From positions 186,001 to 250,000 of the forward strand of contig KV454015.1 in NCBI GenBank assembly GCA_001661245.1: a stretch of DNA of 64,000 nucleotides, given 5' to 3'. The translations under genes were made by a program, and so were the position numbers. Below the pieces are notes generated by a model. It made no database searches and was not told the origin of the DNA. It was given only the letters and a program-made list of their open reading frames with translations. Numbering within the stretch: position 1 is the first letter of the stretch; each line of letters starts with the position of its first letter. This document shows, piece after piece, positions 55,661 to 64,000 of this stretch. Source of the DNA: Pachysolen tannophilus NRRL Y-2460. Lineage: Eukaryota.

Positions 55661-58420
55661 TTAAACAACAGTATACCTTCCTGGAGCATGTTGTTTAGAT
55701 CTTCTAACCTCCTCCTCTTCATTTTCTTTGATTCCACTGATAATAGACTCTTTAATCAAAGATACAGCATGAATAACGTCCATTTTATTGTCACTTTCCA
55801 CAATAATATGCAATTTCTCTTCACCATCAGGTGGACTAGTATCTGGAGCAACAAAAGTTCCCTTTGTCGTTATGGATACACTTGTCAGTTCAATAATTGA
55901 AGGATACTCTTGAGATAATAAAACTCTTACTTTCTGAGGTAAATCGTTGATTGGAATCTTGCAATGAAATTGTGAAGAATCCAACTTATTTGGAATTGGT
56001 CCATCTATAACCTCAAAATCAAGATCAGAAGGTAATGAAGAATCGTGTTCTCCATTATCATTATTATCAACATGAGAACCCTCATTAGTCACTTTAGGCG
56101 TTGAAACCAGAGTTGACTTTTCCTGCTGACTATTATCTGGTAAGTCTTCTTCCCCATGTAACTTTCTTTCTAATTTTTTGGTATTTTGTCTAATCTCATC
56201 TAATTTTTCTAAACCTTTACCTCCAAAACCAAAACTATATTTAACTTTCCCCTCTTTCAGTTTTTCTTTAAAAGCTTTTGCTAAATCATCTATTTCCTTA
56301 GGAACTACGTTTTTACTCATGATTAATGCTTTTGAAATATCATTAGCAGATCTATCTTCTTCCGGCGTTACAAAAGTATATGCAATACCTAATTGACCTG
56401 CTCTTCCAGTTCTCCCAACTCTGTGGACGTAATCTTCCAAATGATTTGGTGCATCATAGTTAATCACAATTGATAAATCTTTAACATCAAGACCTCTTGC
56501 TGCAACACTTGTAGCAATTAAAATAGAAACATTCCCATTTTTAAAATCTTGAATAGCACCATCTCTATCAACTTGCTCTTTCCCACCATGAATAGACAAA
56601 CATGAATACCCCTTTTCTAAAACTTGTTTTAATAATTGATCACATCTCTCTTGAGTAGAACAAAAAATAAGTATTTTTTTAGTATTATTTAATTCTGAAT
56701 TCATAAAATCACCTAAAATTTTTAATAATTTCCAAAATTTTTCCTCTTGTTTTACTAATAAAACTCTTTGAGTTATGGTATCTGAAACAATACTTCTTCC
56801 TCCACCAACAACAATTTCAACTGGATGATGTAAAATTTTTCTAGCTAATATCTCTATTTTCTTGGCAAATGTTGCACTGAATAAACAAGTTTGTTTATCT
56901 TCTCTAGTACTTTTGATGATTTTCATTATTTGAGGTTCAAATCCCATATCAAACATTCTATCTGCTTCATCTAATACCAAGAAGCTTACCTCCGATAAAT
57001 TAGTTACTCTTCCTCCATTTGAGGTTAATAAATCGATTAATCTACCTGGGGTAGATACAATTAACTCTGCTCCCCTTTTCAACTCTGCAATTTGAGAACT
57101 AATATTTGAACCACCATAACAACAAACTCCACGTAGATTTAAATTTTTTAAAAAAAGTTTACAATCTTTAAAAATTTGTAATGCCAATTCTCTTGTTGGT
57201 GTTAAAATTAAAGCTATTGGTGTTTGATTTGTTTTTTTAATATTTTTTTGTGGTAAATTCGCAACAATATGTCTCATTGCAGGTAAGATGAAAGCCAAAG
57301 TTTTCCCTGAACCGGTCTTTGCAACACCAATAATATCTTGTCCTGACATTATAGCGGGTGTAGCGATTTTTTGGATTGGTGTTGGATTTATAAAATTTAA
57401 TTCATTTAAAATTTCCATAATAGTTGATGTCAATCCCAATTGATCAAATCTATTTATAGGTCTAACATTTCCCATCGATTTAATTGTGATTTGATTTGTT
57501 AATGCAAATTCTTTTATTTCATCTTCAGTTAATGGATTTTTCAAAGAATCATAAAATTTTTTAAAAATTGGTCTTTTAGAAGGTTGTAAATCTGGAATTA
57601 TTTTAGCCTTGTTTAAATTCTTTGAAGTCTTCGATAATAAATCGAAAATCGATTCATTCTTTTCTTCTTCATCTAAATCTTCATCTTCAAATAACTGTTC
57701 TTTTTCTTGGACTCCATTTCCAGAGGCTAAAGATTTAGTTTCACTTTTAGCTAAACTTGTCATGAATTTGTCTAAAGGGTCATCTTCAATCTGATTTTCC
57801 TGAACCAAAGATTGTTTATCTTCGCTTTTGATACCATTAAAGTTTGAACTTTTTTTCTGAATCTTTGTTACTGCCTTTCCAACACCTTCATCATCATCAT
57901 CATCTTCATCATCATCATCTAAAAAAGCTCTTTTCAAAACAGGTTTCTTAATAGCGGATATTTTATTATTAGTTCCAATTCTTCCAATTCTTTTCAAAGC
58001 GGGTTTGATTACAGTCTTACTAAAAGCGTCTGGTTTCAACAGTGACACAGGAGAAACCGCTTTGTTCACTGGACTCTTCGAATTCAGTGGATTCACCAGT
58101 ACCAGTACCAGTACCAGTACACCGGGTTCTGGAGTGGAAGCTGCAGATTTTTGTTTTTCCTTCCATTTAGCAAGCCTAGCTTGACGTTTTTTTATCTTAT
58201 CCTCTGCAGATTCAGTTCCATTACTATTCTCTAAACTTATTTTTTTAATATCACCAGTCCCAATATTTTTTTTTAAATGGTCAGTCTTGTTATAGCTATT
58301 GTTAGCATTGTATCTACCGCGGTTAGATTCATAATCACTAGAGCGGCCATTATTGCCATTATTATTATACCTACTGTCACCACTATCACCATAGCATTCA
58401 CCAGACTTGCTATTGGACAT
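55661..58420 (-). CDS. PRP5: Pre-mRNA splicing DEAD-box helicase Prp5
   Basis: DPLDKFM motif, AKTGSGKT, DEADRMFDMGFEPQI, SAT, HRVGRTGRAG, GFGGKGLEKL and a KH-like C-terminus; first ATG at 58420. Confidence 0.92.
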   Translation of the reverse strand: MSNSKSGECYGDSGDSRYNNNGNNGRSSDYESNRGRYNANNSYNKTDHLKKNIGTGDIKKISLENSNGTESAEDKIKKRQARLAKWKEKQKSAASTPEPGVLVLVLVLVNPLNSKSPVNKAVSPVSLLKPDAFSKTVIKPALKRIGRIGTNNKISAIKKPVLKRAFLDDDDEDDDDDEGVGKAVTKIQKKSSNFNGIKSEDKQSLVQENQIEDDPLDKFMTSLAKSETKSLASGNGVQEKEQLFEDEDLDEEEKNESIFDLLSKTSKNLNKAKIIPDLQPSKRPIFKKFYDSLKNPLTEDEIKEFALTNQITIKSMGNVRPINRFDQLGLTSTIMEILNELNFINPTPIQKIATPAIMSGQDIIGVAKTGSGKTLAFILPAMRHIVANLPQKNIKKTNQTPIALILTPTRELALQIFKDCKLFLKNLNLRGVCCYGGSNISSQIAELKRGAELIVSTPGRLIDLLTSNGGRVTNLSEVSFLVLDEADRMFDMGFEPQIMKIIKSTREDKQTCLFSATFAKKIEILARKILHHPVEIVVGGGRSIVSDTITQRVLLVKQEEKFWKLLKILGDFMNSELNNTKKILIFCSTQERCDQLLKQVLEKGYSCLSIHGGKEQVDRDGAIQDFKNGNVSILIATSVAARGLDVKDLSIVINYDAPNHLEDYVHRVGRTGRAGQLGIAYTFVTPEEDRSANDISKALIMSKNVVPKEIDDLAKAFKEKLKEGKVKYSFGFGGKGLEKLDEIRQNTKKLERKLHGEEDLPDNSQQEKSTLVSTPKVTNEGSHVDNNDNGEHDSSLPSDLDFEVIDGPIPNKLDSSQFHCKIPINDLPQKVRVLLSQEYPSIIELTSVSITTKGTFVAPDTSPPDGEEKLHIIVESDNKMDVIHAVSLIKESIISGIKENEEEEVRRSKQHAPGRYTVV

Positions 58421-58566
58421 TTCCACCACTTTAATAGCTAATTATAATTATCTTAGGATTGATATAAATATAATGCTTTTATGATAAAGAGTTTTTTTTT
58501 GTTTTGTTTTTTGTTTGACTTGGTGATGGGTTTTAACCGCCAATGGCTTTTTGCGCTTTTGGCCAG

Positions 58567-58647
58567 AGGCGGAAAGTAAGGCGGGAAAGTAAGGCGGGAA
58601 AGTAAGGCGGGAAAGTAAGGCGGAAAAAAGGCGGAAAGGCGGGCGGG
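58567..58647. repeat. 13-bp tandem repeat (AGGCGGGAAAGTA) in the PRP5/TFS1 divergent promoter
   Basis: Three perfect copies at 58579-58617 plus degenerate flanking copies. Confidence 0.9.
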
Positions 58648-59218
58648 CCGGCAGGCTGGTGCTCCTAGAGGAGAACACACAGGTGGAAAGCTCTTGAGGT
58701 GGACTGGCCTTCCCATCCACCCTCCCCCAAATGGGCGGACCCATTGGAGAATTCCCTCCCCCCTACCCCCCCAAAAAAAAGGCGGTAGAAAAAAAAAATC
58801 AAAATCTGCCAAATCCTACACACACAGTCGAAAAAAAAAGGAAATAAAAAAAATTTGTTACTTGCCGCAACGGGTCACTAATATTTTAGCACAGATGCAC
58901 GACTTGTTTTTGCTGCATCATTAGTTGCGCTCGGAGCACATTTTATGTATAAAGTGTGTATATGAATAATAAAGAAGTATATTTATTATGTGAGGTGATA
59001 AAAGTATTTCTATCGAATTCTATTTGTAATTAATAAAAATAAAAATAAAAATAAATTTATTAATAAAAAAAATTGTTGCTTTCTCTTCTTTCTTAATTTT
59101 TTTATTTTTTGTCTATTGAGTAATTGATTGGTATATCAATTGGTGTGGAGGTTTTCAATTTTTTTATTATTTTTTATTTTTTATTTTTTTTTTTCACGGG
59201 TTGGGTTGGTTAATATAT

Positions 59219-60007
59219 ATGAATTTCAGAATTGCCACATCGGTATTAAAGACAAATAGTTCAATTGGATCTAGTCGTATATTATCATCAATTAGTGGTG
59301 CAAATAGTTTAACACCTTTGGTTTCTACTTCTTTTGCGAAAAATAAGTTAAGTTTTAATTATCAATCTAGAATGAATTTGTTAACGATTTCAAATTCCAT
59401 TAAGGAAAGTTATATTAAACATGGGATTATTCCAGATGTTATTGCTGATAAAAATTTCGATCCAAAAGGTTTATTAATTATTTCTTATGGTAAGGATAAA
59501 GAAGTCACTTTAGGTAATACTTTAGCTGTTGATGAAACTCAAAGTTTACCCAAGATTGCCTTTACATTAAATGTTAGTGATAAAAATGGGTTTGAAGTTG
59601 ATACTAATGATGCATTCACCTTGGTTCTTACTGATCCAGATGCTCCTTCAAGAACTGAAAAAAAATGGTCAGATTTTTGTCATTACGTTGTCTCAGATTT
59701 AAAATTAAATCCAATTTCAACAAGTGAAGTTGGTGACAATGTTAAAAATTTGACCACAGATTTGGAATTTGATAAAGGTACAACTTTAATCCCATATAAA
59801 GGTCCAGGTCCTCCACCAGGCACAGGTAAGCACCGCTACGTCTTCTTATTCTATAAGCAAAAGAAAGGAGTCTCGCCAAAACCACCTTCAGATAGACCAA
59901 ATTGGGGTACAGGTATCCCTGCATTTCCAGCTGAAAAATGGGCACTGAAGTATGATTTGGAATTACTAAGTGCAAATTTCTTCTTGGCCCAAAACAAAGA
60001 GCAATAA
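59219..60007 (+). CDS. TFS1: PEBP-family protein Tfs1 (carboxypeptidase Y inhibitor-like)
   Basis: FTLVLTDPDAPSRTEKKWSDFCHY and YKGPGPPPGTGKHRYVFL motifs; ATGs at 59219 and 59372. Confidence 0.9.
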   Translation: MNFRIATSVLKTNSSIGSSRILSSISGANSLTPLVSTSFAKNKLSFNYQSRMNLLTISNSIKESYIKHGIIPDVIADKNFDPKGLLIISYGKDKEVTLGNTLAVDETQSLPKIAFTLNVSDKNGFEVDTNDAFTLVLTDPDAPSRTEKKWSDFCHYVVSDLKLNPISTSEVGDNVKNLTTDLEFDKGTTLIPYKGPGPPPGTGKHRYVFLFYKQKKGVSPKPPSDRPNWGTGIPAFPAEKWALKYDLELLSANFFLAQNKEQ

Positions 60008-60659
60008 TAAGGAAAAAAGAAAAAAAGTTTCATAATCATCATGAAACAAACAAACCTATGGGCTAGCATTACAAATTTTTTTGCAATCTTGTCAAATGTG
60101 TATAGGATAGCTTAAAACTAAATAATAGTAATGGAAAATAACAGTAGTGCGCTTGAAACACAGGTTTCCGAATTAGGAAACTGTTTTTTTTTTTGTTGTT
60201 TTTTTTTTGTTCGAATTTATTTGACTTGTCGTAATAAGCGCCGTTGGAAATCATCATCATTAAATATAAATATATATATGATATTAATTATTTAAATTAT
60301 TAAATATTATTTAAAAATATAATATAAAAAAAAAAAAATTTTTTTTTTTTTCTTTTGCTTTTTTAATATCAAAAGAGCCATCAGAGGTTGATTGGCCTTT
60401 CTGAACTAATAATTAATTGGTATTCCTCTATCTATTAATCATTAATTGATTACTTTTTTTTTTTTTTTTTTTCAAGGTAAAAAAAAAAACACAAAAAAAA
60501 AAAAATTAGCTTTTATCCTTAATAATAATAATAATAATAATAATCTGTCTTGCGAGTAATATATACACTTTAGTTATTCCTTTTCGAAAGCGCTTAGAAA
60601 AAAAAATCAGTTTAGACAGGAGAGAGCAAAAAAAAAAAANAAAAAAAAAAAAAAGAAAG

Positions 60660-63149
60660 ATGGCTAGCAACTTGGATAACTTGGATAAAGCCAAGCAGAT
60701 GGCTTTTGAAAATAATCAGATTTATCCTGAAGTCTTTAAAACTATCTTACCCATTGTTTATGATAATGACTTGTTATTACAGAAATGGTGGTTGAATTTT
60801 TTAATTGAATCATATAGAAATGAGCATAAAAAGTTACCATTAGAATTATTAAAAAATTTATCAATTCAAATAATTGATCCATTATTACATTTAATTAAAA
60901 TTAAAGATGTTATGATAGTACAAAAGACAATTAATTTATTAACTTTAGCTTTTGAATCAATTTTCACATTTGTTCTTGAAAATCCTTCTTCAATGGAAAG
61001 CGTTATAGGTTGGAATAAATTATCTCAATTAAAACAAGAAATCTTGAAAAATTTTAATAATTCATACCCATTATTACCATTAAATAAACAAACAGATTAC
61101 TCAAGATCAATTGGTTGTAAATTACAAACCATTCAATTTATCGCTGTGGTAGTTAAGGTTCAATTACCTTCACCTCCTAGAGATCCTAGAATGAGAAGAA
61201 ATATCAATAATAATGATGAAAAAGATATTTCAATTAGTTCTGTACCTACTACTCATCCAATTTTAAATAAAAATTTGGAAGCTGAAGGTCAAGGTTTATT
61301 AGATTTATTATTTAATCATTTAAATGATGAATTGATTGTAACAACTCCATTATTTACTGCAATTGAAACAATTTTAATCAAAATTTTTAAAAAAAGACCT
61401 AATCATGTTTATAATAAATTGGCTAATTTAATTTTAACTTATGAATCTAATTTGAAAAAAAAATCAAAATTTGAATATGATGATTTAAAAATTAGACTTA
61501 TTAAAAGATTTAATGATAGATTTAATAAAATTTTAATTAGTTTTATGCTAAATAAAAATTTTATTAAAGATACTACTTTAAAGGCAAGATTATCCAAGAA
61601 ATTTAGTTATGTTATGATGAAAAATGATGAACAAAAGAAAAGAGGAATTTTAAATGAAAGTTCTGATTTTGATTTAAATGAAAATAATAAAAGAAGAAGA
61701 AAAAATGATTCAGATATATCACAAAGTGATGATATTTTTTATAATTCTTCAACAATTGCAAAAGATTATTCATATGCATCTTTATATTCTTTAATTAATC
61801 CAAATGATAAAGTAAATCAAATAGATTTATCAAATATACCTCCAGGAATTTTAACTAATATGGTATTAATTGCATTGAAAAAAATTGATCGTCAAACTCT
61901 TGCTGAAGGATTAAATATAATAAGTGAAAGGTACAAGGAAATAATTTCAAGACCAAGAAATTTTAATAATTCAAATAATAATAATAATAATATTAATAAT
62001 CAATTTAGACGTAATAATGGGATGTTAAATGATTTTAATAATTCTAATAATAGAAATGTTTCCTTTAGTGAAGATGATCTTACTAAAATTAAACAAGATG
62101 AGATAAAAAGAGAAGAAGCTAAGATAGCTGCAGAAGATGATGATTATGATGATGATGGAGATCAACCAATAGATAGAGCAGAATTGGAAGATTCATATAA
62201 TCCAGAAAGTTCGTTCCAGTTACCTCCCCCGAAAATCTTGACTTATGAAGAGAAAAAACAATATTTAAAAGGTATTATTAATCACTATTTAAAATTAGCA
62301 AATGAAAGTGAAAATATGGCAAAAGTTGCATCTGAAAAATTTAAAAATGATAATTCAGAGCTTTCAAAAGTTGCTATACAAAATTGGAATAAAGATTCTT
62401 GGTTAGTTTTATTAACAAGATTAGCTACTAGGGGTTTATTAGAAGAAGAGAAAAAAGAAATTAATGGTGATAGAGAAGATGAAAATTTGAGCGATTTGAT
62501 TAGAAATGCAATTTTCCATTATTTTGCAGATGATATTAGAGGAAGAGTTGATATTGTTATAGAATGGTTGAATGAAGAATGGTTTAGTGAATATATTAAG
62601 AATGAAAAAAAACTGATTGATTTAAAAGAAAATACTGATGGTTCTCAACCAGAGACAATTAAACAAGAAAATGAAGATACTTCTTCACTGGAAAGGGCTT
62701 TGTTATCTCTTCATGCAAAAGGTTCAATAGTAACAACACCAAATTATATTTTATGGACATCAAAAGTTTTGGATAGTATGCTTTTATTTTTGGAATCTAA
62801 TGATAGAAAAATATTTATTAGGTTGTTATCTGATTTACCATATTTGAATAAAGATTTAGTCTGGAAAATTAAATCGTTGTGCTTGGATCCTATTAGATTC
62901 AAAATTGGATTTCAATCTATACAATTTTTAATTATGTACAGACCTCCAGTTAAGGAAACTTGTATCGATTTGTTAAAAGAATTATACGAGGAGACTTCTG
63001 AACAAACTGAATTAGAAGACTTGAAAAATGAAATTATCCTGTTGTTAAAGAAATTTTGTCCAGAGGAACTTGGAATTAAAATCTCATTTATAATTTTTAA
63101 TAAATTTTTATTAGATAACCCTGCTCTCATTGGTAAATTCACATCATAA
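60660..63149 (+). CDS. PTA1: Cleavage/polyadenylation factor Pta1 (symplekin-like); last ~26 codons read antisense HOS1 sequence
   Basis: LEAEGQGLLDLL, SYASLYSLI, LLTRLATRG, IEWLNEEWF, FIRLLSDLP and LIMYRPP motifs. Confidence 0.88.
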   Translation: MASNLDNLDKAKQMAFENNQIYPEVFKTILPIVYDNDLLLQKWWLNFLIESYRNEHKKLPLELLKNLSIQIIDPLLHLIKIKDVMIVQKTINLLTLAFESIFTFVLENPSSMESVIGWNKLSQLKQEILKNFNNSYPLLPLNKQTDYSRSIGCKLQTIQFIAVVVKVQLPSPPRDPRMRRNINNNDEKDISISSVPTTHPILNKNLEAEGQGLLDLLFNHLNDELIVTTPLFTAIETILIKIFKKRPNHVYNKLANLILTYESNLKKKSKFEYDDLKIRLIKRFNDRFNKILISFMLNKNFIKDTTLKARLSKKFSYVMMKNDEQKKRGILNESSDFDLNENNKRRRKNDSDISQSDDIFYNSSTIAKDYSYASLYSLINPNDKVNQIDLSNIPPGILTNMVLIALKKIDRQTLAEGLNIISERYKEIISRPRNFNNSNNNNNNINNQFRRNNGMLNDFNNSNNRNVSFSEDDLTKIKQDEIKREEAKIAAEDDDYDDDGDQPIDRAELEDSYNPESSFQLPPPKILTYEEKKQYLKGIINHYLKLANESENMAKVASEKFKNDNSELSKVAIQNWNKDSWLVLLTRLATRGLLEEEKKEINGDREDENLSDLIRNAIFHYFADDIRGRVDIVIEWLNEEWFSEYIKNEKKLIDLKENTDGSQPETIKQENEDTSSLERALLSLHAKGSIVTTPNYILWTSKVLDSMLLFLESNDRKIFIRLLSDLPYLNKDLVWKIKSLCLDPIRFKIGFQSIQFLIMYRPPVKETCIDLLKELYEETSEQTELEDLKNEIILLLKKFCPEELGIKISFIIFNKFLLDNPALIGKFTS

Positions 63150-64000
63150 TTGAAACCTTTCCCAATACCTCTATCTTTTTCTAAATCACCTGTTCCTGGG
63201 AAAAACCCAACATCAAACCGATGAATAGAAAAAGTTAGCACCTTATTTGACATTTTAAAAGCATTGGATACACCATCTCCATGATGTAAATCAAAATCAA
63301 TATACATTATTTTGTCAAAAACTGATCTTAATCTTAAAATACCAAGAACTATATCATTAATATAGCAAAACCCTGAAGCTTTTGTTTTTTGAGCATGATG
63401 CCTGCCTCCAAACCAGTTTATTGAAATTATCCTCGATTTAATTCTCTCTAACTTGTATTTCCTTATTAACCAGTCACAAGCAGATAAGGTACTACCACCA
63501 ATTATTTCAACGTATTTATTCATATACGGGAAAATCGAGCAGTCATAGATCAACCCTAATTCTTTTAGTTTATCCAAATTTTCCAGTGCTGATTCATTCT
63601 GATCTTCATCAAAACTATAATCTGAATTTTCTTCTTCTTCCTCCTCATTGTCTTCTTCTTCTTTTTCTTCTTCTTCTCCATCCACTGCTGACGTCTTTGA
63701 GTTAGTTAATTTTTTAGAAAACTTTGCAAGTTCCATTAACGATTTAAACTTCTCATGATCCAACTCATCATCAATATACTTTCTTTCCTTCATCAAGAAA
63801 TCCACAAACGATTTATCATGAAATTTAACCAAATCTTGCTTGTTACATTTCCTATAGTTGATCAATTGAACATTGGGTAACTTGTGTAAATTGTAAGCAT
63901 TTATTAGTGATGTTATCAATGACGATCTATTTTCATTCGAAGGAACTAAGTCACAGTAGAAACAATCTAAAGGTGACAACAACAATAATCCCACTTGAAC
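62912..64000 (-). CDS. HOS1: Hos1-like class I deacetylase; 5'-partial at the window edge and apparently 3'-truncated near 63070
   Basis: DLVPSNENRSSLI, INWFGGRHHA, SGFCYINDIVL, IDFDLHHGDGV and GFFPGTG are present; homology stops after NLPMRAGL...EILIP. Confidence 0.8.
   Translation of the reverse strand, partial: VQVGLLLLSPLDCFYCDLVPSNENRSSLITSLINAYNLHKLPNVQLINYRKCNKQDLVKFHDKSFVDFLMKERKYIDDELDHEKFKSLMELAKFSKKLTNSKTSAVDGEEEEKEEEDNEEEEEENSDYSFDEDQNESALENLDKLKELGLIYDCSIFPYMNKYVEIIGGSTLSACDWLIRKYKLERIKSRIISINWFGGRHHAQKTKASGFCYINDIVLGILRLRSVFDKIMYIDFDLHHGDGVSNAFKMSNKVLTFSIHRFDVGFFPGTGDLEKDRGIGKGFNYDVNLPMRAGLSNKNLLKIINEILIPSSSGQNFFNNRIISFFKSSNSVCSEVSSYNSFNKSIQVSLTGGLYIIKNCID

Noticed and set aside
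58448..58924. Short ORFs in the PRP5/TFS1 intergenic region, and a CRISPR-like reading of the 13-bp repeat
   Set aside because: The ORFs are stop-poor because of the GC-rich repeat. The repeats are contiguous without spacers and the genome is eukaryotic.

Overview
AT-rich, gene-dense budding-yeast (Saccharomycotina) genomic DNA from a draft assembly with four N-gaps. About 35 protein-coding genes are present, in order: PSO2 (partial), ARL2/CIN4, peroxisomal MDH, a GCY1-like aldo-keto reductase, ALD2/3-like, HOL1-like, a TM+SH3 protein, an ADIP-family coiled coil, ATP14, YHC1, GSP1, RSM22, an HPD-motif ORF, ASF1, BOP3, COG6, an XBP1-like APSES factor, a PIN-like transporter, a 2OG-Fe(II) oxygenase, RTS2, OMA1, SKG1-like, COA1, TFB1, SWA2, RPD3, NOP10, DAD4, ADH, SNX3, HAP5, PRP5, TFS1, PTA1 and HOS1. 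Six genes have spliceosomal introns that the ORF track misses. In-frame CTG codons fall at conserved alanine positions, so the organism uses the CUG-Ala code (Pachysolen tannophilus-like; species is inferred). Main oddities: a truncated HOS1 fused antisense into the end of PTA1; a GTGCGGC motif shared by AKR/ALD, HOL1 and the 2OG oxygenase; a recurrent ACACGACC plus GGGTCA-N5-TGACCC promoter module; and a candidate structured ncRNA at a gap edge. No tRNA, rRNA, transposon or CRISPR features were recognised. Homology calls come from recalled family motifs, not database searches.
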